The notes under the pieces are model-generated. The model was not told where the DNA came from. It saw only the letters and a list, made by a program, of their open reading frames with translations, and searched no databases. DNA of 57,120 nt from contig CM097887.1 in NCBI GenBank assembly GCA_044892525.1, positions 14,018,881-14,076,000 of the forward strand. The letters are read 5' to 3'. A program made the translations under genes and the position numbers. Positions 25,648-40,420 of the stretch are shown here, one piece after another (position 1 is the first letter of the stretch; each line of letters starts with the position of its first letter). Origin of the DNA: Schmidtea polychroa. Lineage: Eukaryota.

Positions 25648-26329
25648 CTCATAAAATAATGTTTAACAAGGTTATTGAAATGTGTAAACGATTGAAAATG
25701 TCAAAACTTGTACAGAACTAAAACTAACAGATCTCCATGATTTCAATTCATTATTTCAAATCCGACATTAAAAATGAAATTTCAAATTTGCATCGATGTT
25801 TGCACTATATTAAAACTATTTCTTAAATAATTTTGGAAATTAAAAATAAATTAAAATTGAGGGGCTTATGCAAAATTTGAAATTAATTGAACTCTGTAGC
25901 TTCTCGTTTTCTATATCTAATTTTTAATCTTTTGGCTCGTTTCTCGTGTACGTCAGTAGCAAAATGTAAAACTTGAAGTGATCTATCACTTATTTCACTG
26001 AAATTTGTAATAATAAAACGTGACATCACTAAAATACGTATCTATTTCAATCACTAGTGTGAATATTTATTAAAATTGTTTTTAAGATTTCCGTTTAAAG
26101 TAAAATGCACACTTAGCTTGTCAAGCCCATTTTTTCATACATTAATACCACTTATTCAGTCAGGCTCTCATTATCCTTATCCCAGTCCACTCGCTTTCTA
26201 CTAACATCCATTCAATCATCTTTATAAACAATAATAATAGTGAAATAGTAGGCATTTAATATTTAAAATTTTAAATAAAATGAAATTGTTACTAAAATCA
26301 AATATGAGTAAAATGAACAAATATAAATA

Positions 26330-26760
26330 AAGGATGTCCAGATTCAATTATTTAACGTTTGTTAAGTTATTCTCGTTGGCAGTTGTTGCGTACATCTGTG
26401 GACTTTAACTAGCAACTTTATTGACCGACAATGCTTGACACGTTTGCTCTCCAAATATTCCTTGGCAGTAGAACTGTTAGTTTGTCCGAAATTTTTATGC
26501 ACTTCTCATTGACGGTGTTAGTATGTAGTTAATGGATCTATGTCACACATGTAATATTCTAGATGAACCCCTTACCCTGCTGCAGAAGTCCACTAAAGTC
26601 CATCCAATATGAATCCTTGACTCTCACGGTTTTATTGGTCCAAGTGGCATCCTCTTTTTCTTATAATAATTCAGTCATAATTCTTTTTATTTCAGTTTGC
26701 CTAAATTGGTAAATACGTAATTTAATATTTTTGTCGAAAACGATTATTATGCTATACCTT
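26330..26760 (-). mobile_element. Degenerate Gypsy-type integrase
   Basis: Broken frames read MPLGPIKP...MDFSG and TAKEYLESKRVKHCRS. Confidence 0.5.
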
Positions 26761-27399
26761 TTATGTTCCACAAGAACTTTTCAGGTAACATCGCTTGAAA
26801 TTTATTCTTATTTTAATGTTGTGATTGCGTCATTTTCATTTAAAATATTTCGGAGGGCTATTATTGAATATTTTATATAGCTTTAAACAACGTGAAATAT
26901 TTTCAGTCAAACCAATTTTTTAGCAGAATTTTATTCTTTACAAGATGCCATCATTGAAATTATCAAATTGGCAATCTATACTTAATATTTAACAATTTCT
27001 TAGTCATTTTTCTCAATCATACAAATTTAAAATATTGTTCTATACTTAAGATAACCTTTCATACTGTTAAAAACAATTTACTATATAAAATAATAAGATA
27101 TTCACCGCTATCTAATGAAATGACGTCTTTGAAATTGATTTTATGTGCGTTTTTTGAAATTTTAACAAATAGGGTTGTCAACTCCCACAACCTCGAATCC
27201 GGGAGATTATAAAATTGTGAACAGTATAGCGCTTAAGAAATAATATAACAGGTGTTTTTTCACTTTTTGGTTTACACATGTAAGTGATTTTAACTATAGG
27301 ATGACTATTAAAGGCGAATTTCCTATATTGTTGTAAATGTATTATTTTAAATTGTTTGTTCTTTTTTTTATATGATAGTTCGTGCTGTCTAAGGAATAT

Positions 27400-28046
27400 T
27401 GTAGAGCCCAGCCGAGTCACCAGTAAATAAACTGTCTCGGGACAGCTGGGGTGAATGTATGTATTGCACGTTACAATAAAAAATTTATAATAATAAATGA
27501 ATTAATAAAATATAACTAACTAACGATGTTTTACAAACTTTATTAACGATAAAGAATAAAGACCTTATTAGTGAGAGGATATCTCGTATCACAATCCTGG
27601 TTATTATAATTGCAAATTGTGATGTTGAAACTCGTCTTTGATTCGAGCTTGGTTTATTGAGAACTGTCTTGGATAAAAACGGCACGAGAGCCTTTTGTTT
27701 GCGCCTGGTTGTAGTCGGGTAGAGACAAAATTAACAATACAATATTACTAAATGGAGTAGACGACTTAGATTAACTGCTTAGGAAATTTGATCCAATAAA
27801 TTTTTGATTTGGAAATTAAAGTCTGTAAATTATCCTTTGAGAAATGTCTTTTTCGATTTTTTTTTCGATTAATTTTTTTGTGATTTTACTGTAGCAATAA
27901 TTTACTATTGTAAAATTATCGGTATATAGTTTTTTAAACATTTTGTATCCCAAACGTTAAGGGTGCAGAAATGATAATAAAAACAAAACCTAATCGAGTT
28001 TCAGTTTCAACTCGTAAAAATAATTAAAATGTAACATTCTACTACA
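27400..28046 (+). mobile_element. LTR-like repeat (family of 9343)
   Basis: TGTAG...CTACA ends and collinearity with 9343-9960. TSD imperfect. Confidence 0.5.
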
Positions 28047-29399
28047 ATGACTAATACCATAAAGATTTAAACAAAACAATTATTTTTACATCTTACACTT
28101 TTAATTTTAAAAGTGAAAAAAACCTGACAGTGACAGACTTATAACGTGGGTAAGACGAAAAACATAAAACCGCTCGCCGCGAACAAACAACTTAAACTTC
28201 CGGTGACTGTGAGAAAAAATCAATTTAGAATATTCTAAGAAATTGATTCCCCGTTAACCTGAATAGAATTAATTAAAATTATTTAATAATAAAAACGTAC
28301 TCCATAATAATTTTAGTTCTTTCTACTTTGCATTGGTTTAAATGCTAGCTGAACTTCCAATATGAAAAGATTCAACAATAAGCTTCATTTCTTGTACCAA
28401 TGTAAACTCTTCATGCTTTGTCCCTATTTTTTCCTGTATACCAAGTTGTAATTCGCCTTTATCAGCCATAAAAAAAGCGTTGTTTAGCAATTTCTATTCA
28501 CAGAGTCTTACTACTAGTCAAATATTTTCACTCCTTAATCTACCTGAGTTTTGCAATTAAAGTTTATTCATCTAATTTACTTCTTCAAGCGCTTACTTTA
28601 CTAGTCTCGTCAATTCATTAACATAAAAGGCTATGGAGTTTTTATGACATTATTTTCTACCTAAATGTCCCAGCATTCTATCCTCTAAAACTCGAATTAA
28701 TTCCTCACCCTATCAAATAAGTATATGAAAAATAACCTCCCTACCAGGAATTATTGTTGTTATTTGAATAAATATTGAAAATTGCAGAACTATACCATTT
28801 TTTCTTTTTTTTTAATATTAATAAAATTTAAATATCCTTTTTATGACAAATAAGAAATAGTAAAACAAGCATGATAAGAAATTTAAATTCCACTGAAAAC
28901 CCATACAAGAAATAAGATTTTATTGATATTTTATAGCGCAAAAAGTCACATTGCAAACGAAAGGAAGGAGCATTTACAAAGAGAAATTTTATATTGTGTT
29001 ATTAAAGCTGGATTTAATGGAATGCTTTAAACTGCAGATGTATTCTGGTTAAAATCAATTAAGAATGTGTTTAAAAAAACTGCAATGCAGTGCTTCCAAT
29101 CAGATATTTGTGAACGTACAAGGACAGAACGAATCAGGGTCCCGTCAAATGAACTAATTTCTCAATAGATGTTGTAAGCATGGAATTTATTGGATGAAAA
29201 TCAAATCAGAAAGAGTTTTGAGAAGTGCTTTCTCAATAATTATTCAAATTTATTGATAGCTCAAGACGAATAATTTGGAGTAAAATTTATGAGATTAATT
29301 GAAAATTCAATTAATGGAATGATTCAAAAAATTTCCATGCATGTTTCAATACAATTTTTTTAAAATAGAGGATGAATAAAAATTTGCTTAAGTTCATTT

Positions 29400-29850
29400 A
29401 TTTTTTATAATACCTCAAATAATTCCCCAACCCCTGTATCTTTTGAAAAAATCCTTTACAAAAAATAACGCACCAAGGGGAATTAATTCGAGTTTTAGAG
29501 TATATATAAGAAATATTATCAACGAAGAAACGCTCAATCGAGAGAAACCAACTTTAAACAGGATAAAATCAAAACACAAATCCGGGATCAAGATCACTTT
29601 AATTCTATTATTACAAATAAATTAGATTACTTGTAAATTAAAAATTTTTAGATCTTCTATATTATGAATAAAGCATTAGTAAAACAATTAAGTGATAATT
29701 TAAGCATTTTGCTGCGAATAATGTATTTAATGAAAAAATGCTCGACTACAAGTCATATTGACAAGGACTATCTTTTAGTCAAAAATTTTTTCAATAAATA
29801 CATTATATTATCACTTTATACTAAAGCATTTGTACTTGATGGATAAATTT
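29400..29850 (+). mobile_element. Third PLE 3' end with a hammerhead remnant
   Basis: Reads NSSFRVY..NEETLNREKPTLN (GIY-YIG C-terminus). TTGACAAGGACTATCTTTTAGTCAAAA lies at 29758-29784. Confidence 0.6.
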
Positions 29851-31470
29851 ATAAAGATATTACGCAACTTTATTATCAACGGCCTTTTAAATAAAATAAA
29901 AATCCTATGATTACGAAAGTTTTATTATTCTTCATAAAATTATTTTCATTTGAAGTCTTTTTTTTTCATTTTTCAAATTTAAATAATTCTTGGTTTGCTT
30001 TTAATGAATAAAGTTAACAAAATTGCTAATAAATCAAAATGAAAGTATTGTTTAAATATGCAATGAAACATGTGAAATGTTTTTACCAATATTTTTCATT
30101 TTTAAAATGTTTGACTTTCTTTATGTTCTAACATTTATTCAAATTTACAACAATGCACGACATTTGCTCAGCACTACCTCGTTAGAATTTATTTTTATTC
30201 TGTTCAAAATTTATTAAATACTTTTTCCAGTGTATTCGAAGTTTTTAAGCAGATTGTTGGACAGCTAAACAAAACATTTGTTGCTTTGATTTCCAAAAAC
30301 TATGCAAATTTAGGACCTAAAGAATTGCTGACTTGTCTGTTTGTCATAAGTGTGATTGCTTGCTGCCGACATTCAGCATTCTATATGGGATTGTTAACCT
30401 TTATTGCGATTGCATTGAGTCACTTATCAACTTTGTCGACTTTCACTTTGTTTGGAAATGTTGAAAATATGCAAATCTGAATATATATTTTGGATTATAA
30501 AATGTTATCAACAATGAAATGTTTTGTTTAATGCTCTGTTTTTTAATATTTGACGCCTTTTCAGGTGAGCTCCCGAATTTATTATATTGGGAAATGTCAT
30601 ATTGAATATGAAGTTGAGTAATCATTACATAATGATGATAATATTTGATCGATTGAACTGATGGAGGGCATTTGTCAAGGTTTTGCTGTCATATTAGATA
30701 GTTTGTCTATTTGGTGTACTGCGTTATCATAGCTATATGTTAAAGGCCTTTTCAAAATGAATTATTACACCCGCTTATTGACAATTACACCACCATTAGT
30801 TACCGCGCACCGGTTAGCAACACAGGCCCTCCCTACCCCCTCATTATTTTTCAAGGTCAAGTCGCGATTATTGATTTTTAACTGCAAATTTTTCAAATTA
30901 GAAATTCAAATATTGATTTAAAGTGCGATTATTGATTTTTTACTTAATTATTTTAATAATTTTTACATTATTGTTTTATTCATTGACAAGGCTTACCAAA
31001 GAGGAGTATCACAAAATCACCCCTTCTAGCTTCGAAGTGTAATTGTTTGGCATGTTCAGGTGTCAGTTAATAATCATTTGATAGCCATATTAGGATTGTG
31101 ATGTGACATTCAAAGCTTAAAGTATATAAGGCGCGCGTTTAAAAACCCTTCAAATGATTTGCAGTTGGGTTGTAAGATGTGCTTAGTCCGTTGCGGAAAC
31201 CTGTAAAGCAATTTAACTAGAATAAACAATCAGTCAAATAATTTATTCGAACGTTGCAAGGAATCGAAGAAGATATATTGTACTAAATGGGGTGTCATAT
31301 CAAAGAGTAAGGAGTTTGCTATAGGCATAATTATATGTAATAAAATGTCAAATTTTGGTAGGAGCGTTATCGTTTTTATAACTGTTCTAAAAACCTTGAA
31401 CATGGAATCCAATATTTCATTTCTAATAAGCGAATCACAACCGCTAATGTTATGACAATTATATATAGAA

Positions 31471-31500
31471 CTAGCTGGGGTACCCGGCGTTGCCCGGGGC
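31471..31500 (-). mobile_element. Helitron 3' terminus
   Basis: Minus strand CCGG-GCAACG-CCGG hairpin followed by CTAG|T. Confidence 0.75.
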
Positions 31501-31567
31501 AATATAAATTGTGTTGTAAATTTCCTGTCTTTCAGTAAACTGCACATTATTTTCCAAAAGTATTGGT

Positions 31568-31790
31568 GGGTTACTGATGATCAAATATTTTGCTCTTTAG
31601 TGCTGTTGCCAGCGTAACCCAAGATACAACATTGTTTACCGCTTGATACCCGTTGAATGATCAACGTTGGTACTGTATCAAGAGGGTGAGTGCTCGCAAA
31701 AAGTGAGCGCACTACTTGCACTGTAATTGTCGAGCACTCTACTGGGTTCACGGACTGCCGATAGAAGGCTTGTGTCCGATTTGGCCTGGT
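31568..31790 (-). repeat. Structured repeat family A, copy 1
   Basis: Collinear with 38076-38290 and with 52880-53050 plus 53907-53960. Confidence 0.85.
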
Positions 31791-34139
31791 TCCTTCACCA
31801 GATTGTCTTCCCAATACCATACCCTATTCATCCCCCTTATCTCCCACATACATCATTTTTTCCAATTCATGCACACACGCTCATGTTTCATGTCAACTCT
31901 CTAGTGAAAGTTAATAATTATTTATTAAAACACCACACATAATTCAGGTTTATGTTGGGTTAATTTCCCGTTCAATCAAAATACCAAAAATTAATACTTA
32001 ATTTTAATCCAGGCAATTAAATTAAAGTTGAGTTTAATTATCCATATTTCTTTTCCTTTTAAAAATTAAATTTTCAATTAATAATAGAAATAAAAATTTA
32101 ATCCCAGGTGTTTAAATCACCTATTTATAATTAACATAATTTTGATAATTTGAAATATATTCTTTTTAACAAACCATTTTTTTTATATATTAGTAATATT
32201 TTGCAATGAAAATTTTATCAGTTTTTTTTTTTAATCATTGTTTACTATGTAATGTCAGCTACAGTTAATGAAAATAATTGCGAAGGTATTTGGCACTTAT
32301 TTTTATTATATTTAAAAATTGTTCAGTTTGTGTTAAGTTTGTGAGACGCCTGAAAGATAGTCTAGATGGAGATGAAAGTACAAATATCGAAAATATTGAA
32401 AATAAATTCAAAAAGATGAGCAAAACAAGTAAAGGAAAAGAATAAAGTCTGGTAAGGTATTATAACTGATTACTATAAAATTGTAATTTATTTTTAGTGT
32501 TATTATATTGGAGGATTGGTAACATCTACTGCATATATTGTAAAACATTTGTCTCAGTCTTTGAGTTGGGTTATGCCCGCTGAAAAAGTCTGAAAAACTA
32601 AAAGCAATGGATTCACAAATTTGTGAATTAAAATATGGTATGTTCAGTTAAGATTTTAAATATTAATTCAACTATTTTTCAGACAAACCTATTGATCCTA
32701 CTGGTATTAATCTAAACAAAGCTCGCGTTAAAGATCTCAAAAAATATTAGAAAGCTGGGGTGAAGAATGTAAAGGTTGTACAGAAAAAACTGATTTTATC
32801 CGATTAATAAATGAAAAATGCCCATTTATGATCTTAAAGCAGCCAAGCAAAGAAATAAAGCCGATTTGGAGTTTTTTCTTTTTGAGTTTTTATTCAGGAT
32901 GTTGTAATTAAATAAAATATTAAAATTCTTTTTTACAATGATGTAAATAAATTTGGTAATTGAAATTAATAAATTTAGTTTACTATTGGGTTTTGTCTTT
33001 TGATTTGATTTGAACATAATTTTGTCCATAATTTTTATAAATTATTCTATCTTTATTACTTTAAAGGGGTTGTGTAAATTATTCCACAGGGGTCTTGAGG
33101 GGGAGATTATGGTATTGGTTATTTTCTAAAATCTATATATACATACACACATCCACATATATATACGTATACACATACACCCACACATATATGGATATAA
33201 TTTAAATTAATAATATTGATGTCGTTTTCAGGGGGGGGTGTTACTAAAAATAGATTTTAGTGATTTTCCGTAATTTTATTGGAAGATAGGGCCATTGAAA
33301 CTAAATTTAGAGATAGGGGAATCCCAAAATCAATAATTTGTTTTATAATTTTATTTTTATGAAATAAAGATAATTATTTTAATAATATAATAATAATAAT
33401 GATAATAGTAATAATAATAGTAAGAGTNNNNNNNNNNNNNNNNNNNNNNNNNNNNNNNNNNNNNNNNNNNNNNNNNNNNNNNNNNNNNNNNNNNNNNNNN
33501 NNNNNNNNNNNNNNNNNNNNNNNNNNNNNNNNNNNNNNNNNNNNNNNNNNNNNNNNNNNNNNNNNNNNNNNNNNNNNNNNNNNNNNNNNNNNNNNNNNNN
33601 NNNNNNNNNNNNNNNNNNNNNNNNNNNNNNNNNNNNNNNNNNNNNNNNNNNNNNNNNNNNNNNNNNNNNNNNNNNNNNNNNNNNNNNNNNNNNNNNNNNN
33701 NNNNNNNNNNNNNNNNNNNNNNNNNNNAATAATAATAATGAATGTAAATTTATATTTTTATAGGATTACTACATATGGGGGGGATCATTTACGAAAATTT
33801 ATGGAATTATTTTTTTTGGTTTGAAATATAATTTAACTCTATACGAAGATGATACAATTCAGTATACTTAAGGAATAGTTAATGGCTACATGAGTTGAAG
33901 GGGGGTCATTTATGAAAATTTTCAATTTATATTTTAAAATATAATATAAGTTAAATATATATTAAGATAAGTTAATTTAGTATGCTTAGGTAATGGGTAA
34001 AGACTGTATAATTTTGAGGGGGTCATTCTGGACATGAATCTGGACATTTGTTTCGACCATTACGTAACTTGGGGGGGGGGTATTTATAAAACATTTACAA
34101 CTTATTATAGATTATATTTTTATCGCTAACGCAGTTTAT

Positions 34140-34760
34140 ATTTTATACTTTTATGACCAAATTAAGATTATAATTTATAGTCTTTCAGCTAATATAAGTT
34201 TATAATTTATATTTTTATGAAATTAAATTTATAGTTTATGTTTTTAAAGCTAATATAATTTTATAATTTATACTTTTGAGTTTATAATTTATATTTTATG
34301 AAGTTAAGTTAAATTTATAGTTTATATTTTAAAGCTAATATAATTTTATAATTTATATTTTTATGAAGTCAAATTTATAGTTTATATTTTAGAGCCCATA
34401 TAATTTTATAATTTATACTTTTAAGTTTATAATTTATATTTGGTGAAGTTCAATTTATAGTTTATATTTCCAAAGCTAATATAATTTTATAATTTATATT
34501 TCTATGAAGTTAAGATTATAATTTATACTTTTATAATTAACTTAGAGTTATAATTTATAATTTTTATCGTCAATACAAATTTGTAATTTATAATTTCAAG
34601 AAATTAAATTTATAATTTATACCTTTATAACTAATCATAATTTATATTTTGAAGAAATTAAATCTATAAGTATAATTCACATTTTTATGAAATTGAGATG
34701 ATAATTTATACTTTTATGGGTTTACGATTTGTATTTTTATAGTTAGTTTAGAGTCTATTC
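34140..34760. repeat. Degenerate AT-rich tandem repeat (TTATAATTTATATTTT motif)
   Basis: Visible reiteration of the motif. Confidence 0.75.
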
Positions 34761-35339
34761 AATTTAAAATCCAAGTCTTGCTGATACGCATGTCGAACAC
34801 CTTTATGAATACTATCACTACTAAATCAATCATTTTTTTAAAAAATCTTTACTTTACACTATTACTAGAAAATTTATTTAAGGCATTTATAAATCTAGAT
34901 TCGACAAACGCATAGGTAGAGTTGGGTCTTGATGATATTTAACCGTCTACATTAATTGTGAATTGTAGAGTTGTGATTAATTTAGGTCTGAGATCTACTC
35001 TGTTTATTAACCTTAGTGTATTGTATTGTGATGATTTTGGATGTAGATTTTAACTATGTAAATTATTCATGCATTGAAAGTCGGGAAGAGTGCTTGCTTA
35101 CACGGCCCCACTGTGACCGCTACGACAAGCCCTACTGTTGTGTGGAGTCGAAACATCGCTGTTGACCGATAAATAAATATATGGAGCCATAGCGGAGGGG
35201 TTTTATCGACACAACTCCATGGTAGAACCATGAAGTGGCCGACCTCCGATGACCGAACAAAAAGAAACCAATAATATTGATAAGTGCGTGCCAGGCAGTG
35301 GCCTGCAATTATTGTGAACTGTGTACTCATCGATGATAA

Positions 35340-36120
35340 AGTGCATAGGTGCAGGGTTGGCTGGGATCTCGCTTCAAAATCAATGATAACCGACGATCTC
35401 ACTCAAACCTACATTTCTATAGTTAAAAAGAAATAATGAAAACCAGCTTTCAATAATAATAATTTATAATTCACAATGAAATCGTCCTTACCTACAATCT
35501 CAGAAAAATCAAAACCAAAAATTTGGCATAAGAGTAAAAATATTCATTTGCATTTTTTTCCTTTCTTCCAAAGTGACGAAATGTGTTGGTTTATATAGCC
35601 TCTGTTTGACGTGTAAGTATGCATGCGTGCATTGATGCAGTAAAACAAATTCAGATTATTTTAATTCTCGAACATTCGATTTTTAATTTTTATCGATTTT
35701 GATGGCGATTTTTCAGTAAGAATTTTTGTTTTTATTTTTGTAATTTTATTTTCGAATTATTTTTTATTAAATTTGCCTCCATGATGGATTTCAGCATTTC
35801 CAGAACAGTCCATGCTAAATTCAATCTATTTCTTATTTTTAAATTGTTTTTTATGATTTCTTTTCTAAAATATTTATTTTTTAAACTAAAATATTTATTT
35901 TTTATAAATTTTATTGGGTCGTTTGGCCGTCATGATGGATTTCGCCATTTTTATGAATTGTTCTGGATTTTTATTCAAAATATCGATATAATTTTCTTTA
36001 CGTAAGATTTTATGAAGATTTTCTTTAATTTTCTTTTTTAATTTTTACTAATCGCCTTTATTCGAATTTGTTTTTTGTTGTTTTATGTCTTTCGGTTATA
36101 TTTGAGTAGGTTTTCGTGTA
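35340..36120. repeat. Dispersed repeat (LTR-like); second copy at about 39400-40200
   Basis: Shared GCAGTAAAACAAAT, AAATTTGCCTCCATGAT and CATGATGGATTTCGCC in the same order. Confidence 0.7.
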
Positions 36121-36406
36121 ATACTTCTTGCTCGTGTTTTATTTTATTTTTAATTCAGATGTTTTATTTTTGGGTATATTATCTCTATTATTATTGTTTA
36201 CATGGTGTTTTATATATTTTTATTTAAGTAAACTTAATGCTGGGTATGCGTATTGTGTACTGACACATTTCGTCCCATTCCTAACTTTGGGTCTAGAAAT
36301 CAGTTCTAGCCCAACAGTATTTATTTGGAATATTGTAAATATTTAAAAATTACAAAAGAAAACATAATATTAATACATCTTAAAATGATCCTGTCAACCT
36401 GACATT

Positions 36407-36609
36407 TTAGGAAAGTGCTTTTTGATAGACAATGTTTTTGTTCTCCCTTGTGGTGCAAAGATAAAGAGGATTTTGGCATAACCAACTCTGGAGCAAGCAA
36501 CATAAAGTTGGCCATGTGAAAAATAGGGCTCCTCCAGGTTAATTCCTGCAATTTTCATTGACTATCCCTGTGCTTTGTTGATGGACATGGCAAAAGCAAG
36601 GCGTTTTAT
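36407..36609 (-). mobile_element. Helitron PIF1-helicase C-terminal fragment
   Basis: Reads RLAFAMSINKAQG*S...FSHGQLYVACSRVG, then a frameshift into KNIVYQKAL. Confidence 0.85.
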
Positions 36610-38075
36610 CGGTGTGTAACCTAACTGGTTCGGGGAGGGGGCTGTCAAAAATGAATGAAAATTTTGTTAATTTGTTAAATCGAGATGCCTGAATATAAAA
36701 TTGTATAGGACGAAAAAATTATAACATGAATAATAAAAATTGAGATTTAGGGCGATGAATAGAAATAAAAACTATTAATTAAATATTTGTTAAAATAATA
36801 AATAGAATAAATTAGAAAAATAACATAATTATCCGAAAATAACCGAAAAATAATAAAAATTCAGAGAAAAACGCAAATTTCCCCGCTACCTGAGCTTAAT
36901 TAATAGTTCTGTTGGGGGCTCAATGTATCTATCTGGGCACCCGATCATCGCCTGAAACATTTCTGGTAGGTGCTGTTGATTCAGCATCTACCTTTCATTA
37001 ATGTTGAGAAATTAATTATTAATGTATCTATCTCTGCTTTTCTATTATTTTTAATATTTTATTTGCTGCTTATCGGCATTATTTACGTCGAATTTGAAAT
37101 TTTCAATTTTCTGATCATTAATTTTTTGTTTTAATTAACGTTTCTATTTTTTCTCATTTTCTTGTATTTTAATTGTTGATGTTTATCTTATTTACCCATT
37201 TATATGCCTTAATCAAATTTTTATTATATTTCCCTTCTTTCTTCGTTAATTTTATATATTTCTTGTATTTTCCCCTTCATTTCTTTTCAATTTAAATTTC
37301 TGGCATTCTTCTTAGTTGTCCTTTTTTTCGATTTAACTAAAAAATATATTTGTTTTTCTTTGTGTTTGCCCAATAACAGTAACAACTTGGTCTTGTATTT
37401 CTTCGTCGAAAAAAGTCACCAATTAGCAGAAAATATCATTTTATACAAAGAGTAATATTGATATAAAAACATTAATATAATATTCAACCAACCAGAGAAA
37501 AATGAAATGGAAAAACAAATAATTAAAAAACAATTAGCCAATCAACTCGATTGGAATTTAAAATAAAATTTAAGAAAATTAATTGATCAAAAACGTAGAT
37601 TTGATCAATTCTGATTGGTTGAATCAATTTACAAAATAGTATATAAGCCGAGGCCTCGACAAAACATTTACCACTTTTTAAAATTTAACAAATCTGATAC
37701 TAACAATACCTTTAGTCAATTTACTACAATTTGGAACTAATTTACTATATTTCTTAACTTTGATCATCGGGAAATTTTTACCAATCAATTTTCACGAACG
37801 AGAATTGTCATTTTATTTTATGTAACATTTTCATACTGTTTATATCATTTGTATTAAATTAAATTTTTGCAAAAGAAAGAAACATTTTGTTCTCACTCAA
37901 ATGGAAGAGACATTGAGGTGTTTCTTACTCAATAGAGTGAAATGTAATCAAGCCAGCGGAAGAAGGCTGAAACAGAATCCTTTTAGAGAGTAATGCGATA
38001 CAGTCTGTAGTATTAAATTCAAGCACATAATAGGTGCGATGAATAAATGTATCAAAACCTGCAGTATGAAATGAT

Positions 38076-38450
38076 GGGTTACAGGTAAGCATACATTTTA
38101 CCTCGTCGTGCTGTTTCCAGCATAACCCAGAATACAATAGTGTGTTACCACTTGATACCCATTGAGTGATCAACGTTGGTGATATATCAAGGGTTTGAGT
38201 ACCAGCAAAAAGTGAGCATACCACCGTATACTATAATTGTCAGGTAGTCGCATGAGTTCACGGACTACCGATTGAAGGCATGTGTCCAACTTTCTTTAGG
38301 TCCCTACTTCATAAATTTCATCTCTATGGTGATGATTACTTTACCCCAAGATTTGATTAATTATAGATCAGAGTTATTTATATTTTTGACAATTATCATA
38401 CTATTATACAAAGGTTTATGACACATTGTTCTGGGTCTGAATTGGTTTGA
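38076..38450 (-). repeat. Structured repeat family A, copy 2
   Basis: Collinear with copies 1 and 3; the tail is shared with 53960-54105. Confidence 0.85.
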
Positions 38451-40320
38451 ACTGCATTTTGAGCCGGGTCCGTACGTCTTTTCCATATACATATATACAC
38501 ATACACCCATACACGCACATATACCCATATACACCCCAAATACACATACCATTACATATATAGATACATATACCTGTACATGTATACTTCAAATGTTTAA
38601 AATATGTTTCATCTTTATAAGAATTGAAACAAGCATCTAGAATTCTTGTTGCTGAGTCAAAATTAACTTTTTAGATCGGGAACAAGATTTTTCTTTATTT
38701 GTTTCAGAATTACTCTAATGTTTTATTTGGCTTAATTTTCTTTTGTTTAAATTCATTTCGTTTTATATGTATTTTGAATTATAATATACTGGTGCTGTGA
38801 AATTGTTGGTGTGCACATGTGGGACAAGCTATTTATTTTAAATCTGAATGAAAATTTTTGCATTCAGTTCCAAATTCCCAGAAAGTTGCAGTGTATATTA
38901 GATGATTTTTATGTGAATTTAGGTCAACCCCCAGCCTGCGCAGCCATTGGATCGGGCAGTCATGGTTTCCCGACCACAATATGTTACCGAATTGGCAATT
39001 GATAATAGTTTTCAGTACCTCCTACTTTGTTCATCAAGTCGACTATCTGAGAGCTGTCGTTCTCCGGTGGAACTAAGAAGTGTCATTTTCAATTATATGT
39101 AAGCTATGCCCAATGAGCATTAGATCCAATCGATAACCACTGGGAGGATAGAACAACAACCTTCAAAATTTTCAGTGTATAACCTAGCAATTTTTAGGCA
39201 CTACTAGTCGGAAAACTCACATTAATCATTTGTATAGTACCCCTCAATTAAACAAATGTATTAAGCTAAATGTAAGATTATCTAAGTTAGAACAAAAGGT
39301 AGAATTTAGTAATGAACTATGGTATATTTCCGCAAGTGGAGGCATGGGCCACTCCGGGTTAGTTTATCATTTTACTTCTAGCATTTGCAGGTTGTGGTCC
39401 TCATACTTGAACATAGATGCTGGATTGGTTGGGATCTCGTGTTGAAATTGTCAAGAACGAGGATCTCAATCAATCCTTCTAAGTCATTGAAAAGGAAATC
39501 ATATATACACAGACTAAATCATATATTAACAAACAAAATCTTAGTCTTTCAAAGCTGTTCAAAAATTCAATTCAACAAAATAGCGTAACACAAGTAATTT
39601 GTCTTTAAAAAGAGTGAGTTTCACTTTTGAAGAGTTCCCCTTCGAGTCTTTGACACAAATAGTGCTTTCCACTTTTGGCAAAAAGAGAGTGTTTTGTTAC
39701 TGAAATGCATCGATATATATACCTTATTTTTGGTGTGCGAGTTTGTGTGCATGTATTAGTGCAGTAAAACAAATCGGAATTATTTTAATTCTAGAATTTT
39801 CTATTTTCGATTTTTATTAATTTTCTTGGCGACTTTTTCGCAATAATTTTTATTTTATTTTTCAAAATTTTATTTTATAATTATTTTTTGCCAAATTTGC
39901 CTCCATGATAGATTTTGGGCATTCCCAGAACATTCCATTTTTAACTTAATTTTGAAGTTGTTTTTTTGTATATTTTTCTTAACCATTTTTACTTTTTAAT
40001 ATTTATTTTTATAACTTTTATTAGGTCTTTCCGCGGCCATGATGGATTTCGCCCTTTTTATGGTTTGTTCTGGGTTTTGTAATTAAAATTTGCTGTAATT
40101 TTTTCTAAACAAGTTTCCTATGAGATTTTTATTTAATTCTTTTCTCTTAACATTTAAATAGCCATTACTCGGATTTGTTTTTTGGTTGTTTGTATGTTTT
40201 GACCTATTTATTTTTCAAAAATTGTCTAAGTTTTTTGAGTTGACCTACTTTTTTCAAAAAAAATTTCCTCCCCCGGGGGATATGTGAGTTAGCGGGCCCT
40301 TAACCATCTACTGCATATAT

Positions 40321-40420
40321 TCAATTGACCTACATAAAGCTGCCATACATTCAATCGACCTATATAAACCTCCCCTACCTTCAATTGACCTACATAAAGC
40401 TGCCATACATTCAATTGAGC
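40321..40420. repeat. Three to four units of the same 30-bp minisatellite
   Basis: Two exact TCAATTGACCTACATAAAGCTGCCATACAT units flank one diverged unit. Confidence 0.95.

Noticed and set aside
36935-36985. 5S rRNA-like words (GCACCCGATC, GGTGCTGTTG)
   Set aside because: The spacing is far too short and the internal promoter boxes are absent.
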